Positions 31,078 through 40,333 of a stretch of DNA of 64,000 nt are shown here, in pieces. Position 1 is the stretch's first letter. Every line of letters begins with the position of its first letter. Source of the DNA: Acidobacteriota bacterium (lineage in GTDB: Bacteria > Acidobacteriota > Vicinamibacteria > Fen-336). The position numbers were made by a program, and so were the translations under genes. A model generated the notes under the pieces. It saw nothing but the letters and a program-made list of their open reading frames with translations. It was not told the DNA's origin and ran no database searches. The DNA lies in assembly GCA_032127875.1 (NCBI GenBank), contig JAQBHI010000051.1:7674-71673 (forward strand), given 5' to 3'.

Positions 31078-31631
31078 AACGATCCTGCTATCGCGAGCCC
31101 GAGCCCGCGTCGCTCGAAGCGGGGCGTAATCGAAAGCGAAGGGGCGCCGGCAGGCGCCCGCTGCAGGATCGGCCATAGCACCCAGATGCCAAGCGCCGCG
31201 CCCGCCGCGTCGGCAAGCAGGTCCTTGCCGGAGGGTTCGAAGGCGGAGCCCTCCACCGCGAATTCCCACAAGGCGCTGTGCAGCTGCGTGAACAGGAAGG
31301 CCGCGCCACTCCCGTAGCCGCGGTGCTTGAGCCACAAGCCTTCGATCGCGAACAGGCCGGGGTGCGCCACGTTGTTGACCCAGAAGGGATCGCGATCGCG
31401 CCGCGTCCCGATCCGAAGCTGCCGTACCGGGTGCGCGAAGTTCTCGGCGATATTCGAGAAGCATCCGTCGTCGAAGATCGCCCGCCGGATGTCGCTCTTG
31501 CCCAGCGCCACGGCGGCGCTCACGCCGGCGGCGAGTCCTATGTCCACGATCAGCTTGGGATGCTTCCGTTCCGTCGGCGGCGCCGCCACCGCGGTTTCGA
31601 GGACCAGCGCGGCGAGCAGCAGCGACGTCAC
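31074..31631 (-). CDS. Exported/membrane protein, DUF3943-like
   Basis: Signal peptide; DRDPFWVNNVAHP..SALWEFAVE..EPSGKDLL..GAALG resembles the DUF3943 pattern as recalled. Confidence 0.55.
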   Translation of the reverse strand: MTSLLLAALVLETAVAAPPTERKHPKLIVDIGLAAGVSAAVALGKSDIRRAIFDDGCFSNIAENFAHPVRQLRIGTRRDRDPFWVNNVAHPGLFAIEGLWLKHRGYGSGAAFLFTQLHSALWEFAVEGSAFEPSGKDLLADAAGAALGIWVLWPILQRAPAGAPSLSITPRFERRGLGLAIAGSF

Positions 31632-31646
31632 GTGCGGCGACCGCGG

Positions 31647-33371
31647 CTAATGGAGACGGGCCTTGAGCGCCTCGGTCTGCGCCGCGGCATGCGGGCCGAG
31701 GATGAGCTGGAAGCGGCCTTCCGCCACCCGCATCAGGCCGCTTGCGCCGGCAGCCAGCAGCGCCGTCTCGTTCACATGCTGGGCCTCGGCCACGTCCACC
31801 TGGATCCGCGTCACCGCGCACGTCTCGAGGGCGCGGACGTTGGACTTGCCGCCAAGCCCCGCGAGCAGCCCGTCGGTGTCGCAGCCGCCAGTCTTGCGAG
31901 CGCTCGGCGCTGCGTCCGAGCCGGAAGACTGAAGATACATTTCCATGTCCGTCTTCAGGTTCTCCGAACGCGTGCCGAAGATCGCTTGGAGCCCGCTACC
32001 CACCACCACCACCCCCGCGGCGCCCAGGGCCCTCAGTTGCTCGGGGCTCGCCTTCGTAGTGTCGTGGAGTTCCACCCGTAGCCGGGTGATGCAGGCATCC
32101 AGGTTCTTGATGTTGGCGCGCCCGCCGAAGGCGAGCACCAGATCGTGCGCCATCTCGCCCGTGGCGCCAGCCTTACTGGCCGCAGCCGAGGCCTCCACTT
32201 CCGCTTCGCGCCCCGGCGTCTTCAAGTCGAAGCGCGTGATGACGACACGGAAGATCGTGTAGTAGCCGAGCGCCCAGATCGGACCCAGCCACAGATACCA
32301 GAGGCCGCGCGTCGACTGCGAGAACAGCACCACGTAGTCGATCAGGCCGTGCGAGAAGGTGGTGCCGTGGCGGATGCCGAGTTCGATGCAGGTGAAGTAC
32401 GCGACAGCCGCGAGCAGAGCGTGGATGGCGTACAGCAGAGGCGCCACGAACAGGAACGAGAACTCGATCGGCTCGGTGATGCCGGTGAGAAAGGACGTGA
32501 GCGCGGCCGAGATCATGATGCCGCCGATCTTGGCGCGGTTCTCGGGCCTGGCGGTGTGCCACATGGCGATCGCGGCGGCCGGCAGACCCCACATCTTGAA
32601 CAGATAGCCGCCGGCCAGGTGGCCGGCAGTCGGGTCGCCCGCCGTGAAGCGGGGGATCTCGCCACGGAAGATCTCGCCGGTGGTGGGGTTCACGTACTGT
32701 CCAGTCTCGAAGAAGAAGGGCACGTTCCAGATGTGGTGCAGCCCGAAGGGCAGCAGTGAGCGCTCGACGACGCCGTAGAGCGCGAACGCCATGCGTGGAT
32801 TCCCGGAGGCCGCCCAGGTCGAGAAACTATGGATCACGGCTCCGATCGGCGGCCAGATGAAGGCGAGCGCGGCACCGGTCGCGACCGCGGCGCCTGCCGT
32901 GAGGATCGGTACTGAGCGCTTGCCCGCGAAGAAGCCGAGGTAGGCCGGTAGCTGGACCCGGTAATAGCGGTTGAACAAGTAGCCTGCGATCGCGCCGATC
33001 AGGATTCCGCCGAAGACGCCGGTGTTGAGCGACGAGATGCCCATGATGGGCTCCACCTCGTGGCCGAGCACCTTGGCCACCACGCCCATGGCTGCGAGCA
33101 GCACCGCGTAGCCAACGACCGCCGCCAGGGCCGCAACACCGTCGTTGTTCGTCACGCCCAGCGCCACTCCGATCGCGAAGATCAGCGCCAGGTTGCCGAA
33201 GATGGCGCCGCCCGACTGCGCCATCACCTCCGAGAGTGCAGGCGGCAGAATCGCGAAGTGAGCGCTGCCGACGCCGAGCAGGATGCCGGCGACGGGCAGC
33301 ACCGAGACCGGCAGCATCAGCGACTTGCCGATCTTCTGGAGCAGCGCGAAGGCGTCCTGGAAGCGGATCAT
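31647..33371 (-). CDS. ptsG: PTS glucose-family EIICB with a second, tandem EIIB domain (EIICBB)
   Basis: [57 protein letters not shown]1 [18 protein letters not shown]; EIIB2 [20 protein letters not shown]. Confidence 0.92.
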   Translation of the reverse strand: MIRFQDAFALLQKIGKSLMLPVSVLPVAGILLGVGSAHFAILPPALSEVMAQSGGAIFGNLALIFAIGVALGVTNNDGVAALAAVVGYAVLLAAMGVVAKVLGHEVEPIMGISSLNTGVFGGILIGAIAGYLFNRYYRVQLPAYLGFFAGKRSVPILTAGAAVATGAALAFIWPPIGAVIHSFSTWAASGNPRMAFALYGVVERSLLPFGLHHIWNVPFFFETGQYVNPTTGEIFRGEIPRFTAGDPTAGHLAGGYLFKMWGLPAAAIAMWHTARPENRAKIGGIMISAALTSFLTGITEPIEFSFLFVAPLLYAIHALLAAVAYFTCIELGIRHGTTFSHGLIDYVVLFSQSTRGLWYLWLGPIWALGYYTIFRVVITRFDLKTPGREAEVEASAAASKAGATGEMAHDLVLAFGGRANIKNLDACITRLRVELHDTTKASPEQLRALGAAGVVVVGSGLQAIFGTRSENLKTDMEMYLQSSGSDAAPSARKTGGCDTDGLLAGLGGKSNVRALETCAVTRIQVDVAEAQHVNETALLAAGASGLMRVAEGRFQLILGPHAAAQTEALKARLH

Positions 33372-33377
33372 AGCCGG

Positions 33378-35876
33378 CTACTCCTTGGGCTCGGGCGAGA
33401 GCGCCCGCACCTCTTCGGCGGTGCCTGAGGCAAGCGCCTGCTGCGCGAGCGCCTGGCACTCGGCGAATTTCAAGCTCCGGATGCGCGCCTTGATCTCCGG
33501 GATCACGGGCACGCTGACGGAGAGTTCATCGACGCCAAGCCCGAGCAGGATCGGCACCGCCTGCGGGTCGCCTGCGATGCCGCCGCAGACGCCGACCCAG
33601 CGTCCGTGCTCGTGTGCGGCGCGCACCGTGTTGTCGATCAGGCTCAGCACCGCGGGATTGAGCGCATCGACGAGCGGCGCCAGGCGCGGGTGGCCGCGGT
33701 CCATCGCCAGCGTGTACTGCGTCAGGTCGTTGGTCCCAATCGAGAAGAAGTCCACCTCGCGGGCGAAGGCGTCGGCCATCACCGCGACCGAGGCCACCTC
33801 GACCATGATCCCGACCGGGATCGACGCAGCGCCGAGTTGCGCGCGCTCTTCTTCGAGGATCAGCTTGGCGCGGCGCAGCTCCGGCAGCGTCGCAACCATC
33901 GGGAACATCACCTGGACCTTGCCCTCGGGCGCCGCACGCAGGATGGCGCGCAGTTGTGCGCGCAACACCTCGGGGTGGTCGAGCAGGAAGCGGATGCCGC
34001 GCTCGCCGAGGAACGGGTTCTCCTCCTTCGGGATCGGCCAGTACGAGAGTGGTTTGTCGCCGCCCACGTCAAGCGTGCGGATGATGAGCGAGCGGTTCGG
34101 TCCGAGCAGCTTCGCCATCGCCGAATAGGCCGCATGCTGTTCGTCCTCAGTGGGCGCCTGGGTCCGCTCCATGAACAGGAACTCGGAGCGCAGCAGCCCG
34201 ACGCCCTCGCCGCCCAAGGCCAGCGCCTCGCGCACGTCATCGATCTTGCCGGCATTCGCCGCGACTTCGACTCGATGGCCATCGCGTGTCGTCGCCGGTT
34301 GCGCGGCCGAGAGCAGCGCCGCGGCGCGCCGCTCGCTGTGCTTCAACTGCCGCTCACCAATCGAGCGCAGCTCGTCTTCCTTCGGGCGCAGCCGCAGCGT
34401 GCCCTTGGTGCCGTCGAGGATGGCGCTGGTGCCCGCGGGGATTTCGAGGGCGCGGGCCTCGATGCCGGCGATCGCGGGCAGCCCCAGCGAGCGGGCCAGG
34501 ATGGCGACGTGGGAGGACGCACCACCGGTAGTGGTGCAGAAGCCGAGGACGCGGGTGCGGTCGAGGCTGGCGGTGTCGGAGGGCGTTAGGTCCTCTGCGA
34601 TCAGGATGGTGTCCTTCGGGAACACGATCGGGCCTGCTTCGCTGCCGGTGATGAGGCGCAGCACGCGGCCACCCACGTCGCGCAGGTCGCTGGCGCGCGC
34701 GGCCAGCAGCTCGTTCTTCATCGCGGCCAGGCGGTCGGCCTGGGCGGCGAAGGCCGTGCGCCAGGCGAAGGCTGCGCTCAGGCCTTCGCCGATCGCCTGC
34801 TCGGCCGGCTCGCGCAGGTCGGGGTCGTCGAGCAGCTCCGCGTGCGCGGCGAAGATCGCGGCTTTGGCGGGATCGGCCTCGCTGCGCAGCCGGGCCTCGA
34901 GCGCCTGCAATTGGACGCGCGCCTGAGCGAGCGCCGACTCCAGCTTGCGGCGCTCTTCGTGGGGCGCCTCGCCATACCGCGCCAGCGTGACGTCTTCGCG
35001 GCGAAGCTGCTGCACGATTCCGATCGCCAGGCCGGGGGAGGCCGAGACGCCCGTCAGCCGGTCCGGGTCGCCCGTGGCCCTGGGCTTCGGCGCCGACGGT
35101 CCGCCGTCGGCGCCTGCTTCGCCGAGTCCGCCCAGGAGCAGCTTGGTGAGCTGCTCGACCGCCGCCTTGGCGTCGGCGCCGCGCGCCACGATCCGGACCG
35201 AGTCGCCGAGCGCCACGTCGAGGCCCATGATCGCGACCACGCTGCGCGCGTTGACCGATTCCGCGCCGCGTTCCAACCGGATCTCGGCGGCAAAGGCTTT
35301 TGCCGCGCTCGCCAGCACGGCGGCAGGCCGGGCGTGCAGGCCCTGTGGGTTCGGGATGCGGAGCTTTTCGCCAAGGGCGCTGTCGCCGGAAACCACGGCC
35401 GCGGCGGCGGCGGCGCCGGCGTCGGCCAGCGTCATCTCCAGGATCACGTCGCCCATGCGCACGAAGCCGGAGCAGTGCGTGAACGAGAGCACCCGCTCGA
35501 CGTTGGTGACGACGACAACCGTCAGCAAGCTCTTGGCGCGGGCCGCCAGGGTCTGGGGGTCGAACTCGACGAGCGCGTCACCCAAGCGGACGCGATCGCC
35601 GTCCTTCACTTTCGGCCGAAAGCCGTCGCCTTTGAGCGCGACGGTCTCGAGCCCGATGTGCATCAGCACTTCGAGTCCTCCGGCTGTCTCGAGCGTGATG
35701 GCGTGATGCGAGGGATGCAGGCGCCTCACCACACCGTCGCAGGGAGCGCGCAGGCAGTCGGTGACGGGGTCGATCGCGAGACCCTCGCCGACCATCTTCG
35801 CGGCGAAGACCGGGTCGGGGACCTGGGCCAGGGGAACCAGTGGTCCGCTCACGGGGGCTTTCAGCGTGAAGCGCAC
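33378..35876 (-). CDS. Multiphosphoryl transfer protein EIIA(Glc)-HPr-EI fusion
   Basis: EIIA VPDPVFA..GEGLAIDP..HIGLETV; HPr GLHARPAA; EI SSHVAILARS, GVGLLRSEFLF, ENPFLGERGIR, FFSIGTNDLTQY. GTG at 35876 preferred as start. Confidence 0.95.
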   Translation of the reverse strand: MRFTLKAPVSGPLVPLAQVPDPVFAAKMVGEGLAIDPVTDCLRAPCDGVVRRLHPSHHAITLETAGGLEVLMHIGLETVALKGDGFRPKVKDGDRVRLGDALVEFDPQTLAARAKSLLTVVVVTNVERVLSFTHCSGFVRMGDVILEMTLADAGAAAAAAVVSGDSALGEKLRIPNPQGLHARPAAVLASAAKAFAAEIRLERGAESVNARSVVAIMGLDVALGDSVRIVARGADAKAAVEQLTKLLLGGLGEAGADGGPSAPKPRATGDPDRLTGVSASPGLAIGIVQQLRREDVTLARYGEAPHEERRKLESALAQARVQLQALEARLRSEADPAKAAIFAAHAELLDDPDLREPAEQAIGEGLSAAFAWRTAFAAQADRLAAMKNELLAARASDLRDVGGRVLRLITGSEAGPIVFPKDTILIAEDLTPSDTASLDRTRVLGFCTTTGGASSHVAILARSLGLPAIAGIEARALEIPAGTSAILDGTKGTLRLRPKEDELRSIGERQLKHSERRAAALLSAAQPATTRDGHRVEVAANAGKIDDVREALALGGEGVGLLRSEFLFMERTQAPTEDEQHAAYSAMAKLLGPNRSLIIRTLDVGGDKPLSYWPIPKEENPFLGERGIRFLLDHPEVLRAQLRAILRAAPEGKVQVMFPMVATLPELRRAKLILEEERAQLGAASIPVGIMVEVASVAVMADAFAREVDFFSIGTNDLTQYTLAMDRGHPRLAPLVDALNPAVLSLIDNTVRAAHEHGRWVGVCGGIAGDPQAVPILLGLGVDELSVSVPVIPEIKARIRSLKFAECQALAQQALASGTAEEVRALSPEPKE

Positions 35877-35888
35877 GGGTGCGGCGGG

Positions 35889-35917
35889 AGTATAGCGCGG
35901 CGCGGTCGCGCATTGAA
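35889..35917 (-). promoter_or_regulatory. Sigma70-type promoter for the PTS operon
   Basis: Minus strand TTCAAT (35917-35912), 17-nt spacer, TATACT (35894-35889); 12 nt before the GTG. Confidence 0.65.
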
Positions 35918-35919
35918 TA

Positions 35920-36168
35920 ATGATGCCGGTGAGGCTGCAGTTTCCCAAGGGCTTCGTCTGGGGGGCGGCCACCGCCGCGCTCAAGATCGAGGGCGCCGCG
36001 GACGAGGACGGCCGCGGGCCGTCGGTGTGGGATGTGTTCTGCCGCAAGCATCCCGAGCGGATCTTCGAGCAAACGACGCCGAAGCTTGCCTGCGACCACT
36101 ACCACCGCTGGCCCGAGGACGTGGCCTGGATCCACGCGCCGCCGTCAGGGTGTCGTGGAACCTGCTGA
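35920..36168 (+). pseudogene. N-terminal fragment of a GH1 beta-glucosidase
   Basis: [47 protein letters not shown] is the GH1 N-terminal signature. Similarity stops near 36130, where the family normally continues with a ..YRFSISW..-type motif. Confidence 0.92.
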
Positions 36169-36450
36169 GCCCGCGCCCGCGTTGTGCGCGCCGGCCACCA
36201 GGCCAGGCAGGGAAGTCGCATTGGCTTCGTGCTCGACATTTCGCCGATTCGTCCGGCGACGGACTCGGCGGAGGATCTTGGCGCGGCGGAGCGTAGTAAG
36301 GCACGGTTGGTAGATCCACCTTTTTCGTGTTCGACGCGACGGCGACATGGATCTGCGTCTGGGTCGCCTCTCGGCGGCAGCCAGGCGTTCGTCGGGACCC
36401 CAGGCGGCACAGAGCAGGTCCTCCGGCGTGTGTGTGGCCTCGTCCCTGAG

Positions 36451-36493
36451 TGTGACCTACGTCACTGAAGGCTACCCGCCGTTGGGCTATACA
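36451..36493 (+). promoter_or_regulatory. CRP/FNR-family site plus -10 box (class II geometry)
   Basis: TGTGA-CCTACG-TCACT at 36451-36466 (9/10 match to TGTGA-N6-TCACA). TATACA at 36488-36493 places the site centre at -41.5. Confidence 0.6.
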
Positions 36494-36942
36494 GCACACG
36501 GAGGCCGTCGGGGGTTGTTGCCCGGATTCATTGTCAGGCGTAGTCGGCCGCACTCATCGTTACTCTTGGGCGTGTAGTCCAGTCTTCTAGCAGGCAGTCA
36601 ACCTCCGCGGCGTCCGGACGGCTCACGCGCCTCTTGCGCTGAGGCGTCCGGGCGCCCCTTCGCGTCGTGGGCTTCATTCGCCGCGAAACCTGCGACCCCA
36701 GTGTTGGCGGCGTATCGCGAGAGGTCTGCCATGGACCGTCTGCCTGCGGGGCCGTATCCCCCAAAGTTCGATCCAATCCGTTGGCCGCCGTGCGTTCGGG
36801 CCCGCCCGCGCCCTTGTCCGGCTCCTGGGCGCCGGCCTTGGCGCTGAACTTGCAGGTTCGCAGCATCCAAGTTGGCGCTCAGCATGGGCTCGGCAACGCG
36901 TCCCAGGATCGCGAAGGGCGACGCGAGATACAGTAGGTGCAT

Positions 36943-38790
36943 ATGAGCGTAAACCCGAGGGGATGCGACGACCTCCCAGTCTCGTGCGACGTCTCGCCGT
37001 CCGAGCTGGAGTACCTGGCTGCCAACGGTGAGACCGAGAACGTGCGCTCGATCTTCGCTGGCCTGGCCCCTGGGCGCCGCGCGTTCTATGCAAGCCCACG
37101 CGTTCTGGCGTCGGTCGTGCGGGGCGGCGTCACACGGCTCCGGGGCCTGCCCCCCCACGCGGGGCGCGCTGCCGAGTCCGAGCGCACGCTGGTGCAATCC
37201 GCCCTGGAGTTGCTGGTCGACCCCCGGCCGGCTCCCCCTCGGCTTCCGCGTCAAGCCTTCGAGGCGCTTCTCGAGTGGAGCGAGTACCTGCGGAGCGCTT
37301 CGCAGCTGGCCGAGGCGTTGTCGGTCTGCGACACGGCCATCGCCCGAGGCGCCCACCACTATCCCGATCTCCATCCGCGCCTGGTGCTGGCCAGAGCTTC
37401 CGTGCTGGAGGCGTGTGGCAGGCTGCCGGAGGCACATGCGGAGCTTGCTGCCTTCTACCGGCGGCCCGACCTGATCTCGGACCGGAACGTCGTGCCCGAG
37501 CTGATCCGGGCCCTGGGCCGCACCGCCCTCCACGTCGGTGAAGCCCCCTTCTTCAAGCGGCTCCTTCTCGACGGCCTCCGCGCCTTCTACTCGAACATGG
37601 AGGAGCGGCGGGCCATTCTCGAGCTGCTGTCCAGGGCCCATCGCGGGGCTCTGCGCTTCATGATCAGCCGTGACACGGGCCCGGCCGACAAGCTCCTGTT
37701 CCTCGCCCACTGGATCTGCCTGAGGGGCTTTGGCCCCCGCGCGCGCGCTGCCCGCCCCTTCGAGCTCGGCCTGCTGGCGTGCCTCTACTTCTATCGATAT
37801 CTCCGACCCGGGGAACGACCCGCGGCACGTGCGGTCCCCAAAGAAGCCACCGCCACGCGGGTGCTGGTCACGCGCGCCATGGGCGGGGGGGGAGACCTGT
37901 TGATGATGACCCCGGGCCTTCGCGCGCTGGCCCGGCGCCATCCCGGCCGCGTCGATTTCGCCATCCCTCGCGGCTTCTTCCCGCTCCTCGAGAACAACCC
38001 TGACGTGCGCCTCATCGACATCCACTCGGAGCTTGACCCTCGGGGGTATGGGCGGTGGTTCAACCTGACCGAATGCCCGGCGGCGCGCGTCGAGAGCCTC
38101 ACGGCGCCCCGGGTGCGGCAGGGCCGCATCGAGATCTTCGCGCGCAGCATGGGGACCCACGGCAGGTCGCTGCGGCGCATGCAGCGACGGCCCCGCTACT
38201 TCCCGACCGTCCGGGAGCTGGAGGAGCGCGAGCGTTTCTTTGCGTCCCACGGCCTCGCCGGGCGCGCCGTGATCGGCGTCCAGTACCGCTCAGACGAGAG
38301 CTATCGCGACTACCCGCACATGCCGTCCCTGATCGAGGCCCTGGCCCGCGAGTACGGGGTCCTGGTCTTCGACAGCCAGGAGATCCCGGATTGCGGCTTC
38401 CCCGGCGTGGTCCAGGCGGTCGGCCGCCCGCTGCGGGAGGTCTTTGCGCTTGCGGGCGGCTGTCAGGCGATCGTGGCCCCGGACTCGGTGTTCGTGCACC
38501 TGGCCGGAGCCCTGGACTTGCCTTGCCTCGCGCTCTTCGGGCCCACCGACGGCCGAGTGCGCACGGCGGAGTATCCGCGCTGCCGCTTTCTCGACGTGCG
38601 GCGGGAGCTGGCTTGCGTTCCGTGCTGGCGCAACGAGCGTATTCCTTGCGCGCTGACCGGCCGTCACGCAAGCGTCTGCCTGGCCGAGATCCGAGTCGCC
38701 GACGTGGTCGAGGCCGTGCATCGACTGCTCTCCGAGCGACCAGTGGTCGCTCCGGTCTCGCGCCCGGCTGGCCTGCGGGCGTCGTCGTAG
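36943..38790 (+). CDS. GT9 (heptosyltransferase-like) glycosyltransferase with a ~300-aa helical N-terminal extension
   Basis: C-half RVLVTRAMGGGGDLLMMTPGLRAL..LLENNPDV, APDSVFVHLAGALDLPCLALFGPT, CVPCW..C..C. N-half is helical and TPR-like. Confidence 0.85.
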   Translation: MSVNPRGCDDLPVSCDVSPSELEYLAANGETENVRSIFAGLAPGRRAFYASPRVLASVVRGGVTRLRGLPPHAGRAAESERTLVQSALELLVDPRPAPPRLPRQAFEALLEWSEYLRSASQLAEALSVCDTAIARGAHHYPDLHPRLVLARASVLEACGRLPEAHAELAAFYRRPDLISDRNVVPELIRALGRTALHVGEAPFFKRLLLDGLRAFYSNMEERRAILELLSRAHRGALRFMISRDTGPADKLLFLAHWICLRGFGPRARAARPFELGLLACLYFYRYLRPGERPAARAVPKEATATRVLVTRAMGGGGDLLMMTPGLRALARRHPGRVDFAIPRGFFPLLENNPDVRLIDIHSELDPRGYGRWFNLTECPAARVESLTAPRVRQGRIEIFARSMGTHGRSLRRMQRRPRYFPTVRELEERERFFASHGLAGRAVIGVQYRSDESYRDYPHMPSLIEALAREYGVLVFDSQEIPDCGFPGVVQAVGRPLREVFALAGGCQAIVAPDSVFVHLAGALDLPCLALFGPTDGRVRTAEYPRCRFLDVRRELACVPCWRNERIPCALTGRHASVCLAEIRVADVVEAVHRLLSERPVVAPVSRPAGLRASS

Positions 38791-38800
38791 GAGCGCGCCC

Positions 38801-39565
38801 ATGGACCTGGCTTCCAGGCGCTTCACGTGGCTGTACGCAAAGAGTCAGCTCAAGCTCAAGTACCGCTACACGTCGTTGGGCTTCCTGTGGAACCTGCTCG
38901 AGCCCGCGCTCTACCTCGCGGTCCTGAGTTTCGTGTTCTCGGTCGTCAACCGGATGTCGATGGGCGACTACGCCGTCTTTCTGTTCAGCGGTCTGGTCCC
39001 CTGGCGCTACTTCGAGAAGGTGGTCACCACCTGCATGGACTCCATCGTGCAGGGAGACTGGCTTCTCAAGAAGTTGCCGGTGTCCCCGTTTGCGCTCCCC
39101 CTCACTCGCTGGGCGGTCGCCAGCGCGGAGTTCGGCTTCTCGTTCCTGGTCACCTTGCTGCTGCTGAGCTTCCTCAAGAAAGGTTGGACGCTGCATTGCC
39201 TGGTCCTGCCGCTGGCCGCGGTGCCCTGGTCGCTCTTCGCCCTGGGTCTGGGGTTGATCTGCGCCACGCTGTTCACCTTCTTTCGGGACATCCGGCCCAT
39301 CGTCCAGATGGGGCTGATGTTCGCCTTCTTCTCGGCGCCGATCCTGTACCGGCCTCAACTGTTCCCGGCAGGCTCGCGGCAGGCTTCTCTGCTGGCCTGG
39401 CATCCGATCACGTATTTCGCGGCGTTGTTCCAGAAGCCGATCTACTCCGGTCGCTGGCCCGGCGGCCTGGACTGGGCGGTGTCGCTGAGCTGCGCCGCGC
39501 TCAGCCTGCTCGTGGGCTGGGCTGCCGTGACCCGGGCCCGCTCGCGCTTCTACTTCTTCCTATGA
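38801..39565 (+). CDS. wzm: ABC-2 polysaccharide export permease (Wzm/RfbA-like)
   Basis: LKLKYRYTSLGFLWNLLEP, six TM helices, FFRDIRPIVQ, FSAPILY. Confidence 0.9.
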   Translation: MDLASRRFTWLYAKSQLKLKYRYTSLGFLWNLLEPALYLAVLSFVFSVVNRMSMGDYAVFLFSGLVPWRYFEKVVTTCMDSIVQGDWLLKKLPVSPFALPLTRWAVASAEFGFSFLVTLLLLSFLKKGWTLHCLVLPLAAVPWSLFALGLGLICATLFTFFRDIRPIVQMGLMFAFFSAPILYRPQLFPAGSRQASLLAWHPITYFAALFQKPIYSGRWPGGLDWAVSLSCAALSLLVGWAAVTRARSRFYFFL

Positions 39566-40332
39566 CCGATGCCATGGACCGTTCGGACGTGTTCCGCCTC
39601 GACGACGTGAGCGTCAGCTTCCGAAAGCACGCGATCGATGAGCGCAGCCTGAAGCATGCCCTGACCAACGCCCTCGAGAAGCGCCCTGCTGCGGTGCATC
39701 GTGCCCTGAGTGGCGTGAGCCTGCGCGTGCCGCGCGGCCAGCACCTCGGCGTCATCGGCCGCAACGGCGCTGGAAAATCCACGCTGCTGCGCGTGCTGGC
39801 CCGCGTCATCGGCCCCCAGGTCGGAAGCGTCTACGTGGACAGGCGCTGCCACGTGGTCCCGTTGCTCGAGCTGGGGATTGGCTTCCAGCCGGACCTTTCC
39901 GGGATCGAGAACACGCACCTGGCCGGGGCCCTGATGGGCTACGCGTACGCGGAGATCGAAGCCCGGCTGCCGTCCATCATGGAGTTCGCCGGGCTGGGCG
40001 ACTTCATCTACGAGCCGGTGAAGAACTACTCGTCCGGCATGTACGCGCGCCTGGCCTTCGCACTGGCGACCGACGTCGAGCCCGAGGTGCTGCTCGTGGA
40101 CGAGGTGTTCGGCGTCGGCGACGAGTTCTTCATGGCCAAGTGCGAGGCCCGCATGCGGCGACTGATGGCCGGAGGCACCACCACCGTCTTCGTGTCTCAC
40201 AACCTCGACTTCCTGCTCGCGCACTGCGAGCGCCTGGTTTGGCTCGACGCCGGGCGGATCGTACTCGACGGCGCGCCGGCAGCTGTCGCCGCCGCGTACC
40301 GCTGCGGCGCCGGACAGCGCGGCGAGGCCTGA
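39562..40332 (+). CDS. wzt: Polysaccharide export ABC ATPase (Wzt) without C-terminal carbohydrate-binding domain
   Basis: GRNGAGKST, GIGFQPDLSG.EN, VKNYSSGMYARLAF, LLVDEVFGVGD, VSHN; 256 aa; ATGA overlap with wzm. Confidence 0.93.
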   Translation: MTDAMDRSDVFRLDDVSVSFRKHAIDERSLKHALTNALEKRPAAVHRALSGVSLRVPRGQHLGVIGRNGAGKSTLLRVLARVIGPQVGSVYVDRRCHVVPLLELGIGFQPDLSGIENTHLAGALMGYAYAEIEARLPSIMEFAGLGDFIYEPVKNYSSGMYARLAFALATDVEPEVLLVDEVFGVGDEFFMAKCEARMRRLMAGGTTTVFVSHNLDFLLAHCERLVWLDAGRIVLDGAPAAVAAAYRCGAGQRGEA

Positions 40333-40333
40333 G

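Noticed and set aside
33378-36047. 889-aa version of the PTS fusion starting at 36047
   Set aside because: The extension overlaps the divergent GH1 fragment and the promoter; EIIA similarity starts at about 35876.
36500-36940. ops/JUMPstart element or c-di-GMP riboswitch in the glycan operon leader; small ORFs 36534..36866 and 36667..36936
   Set aside because: No GGCGGTAG motif or recognisable GEMM consensus was found by eye. The ORFs lack RBS, motif or coding-like composition.
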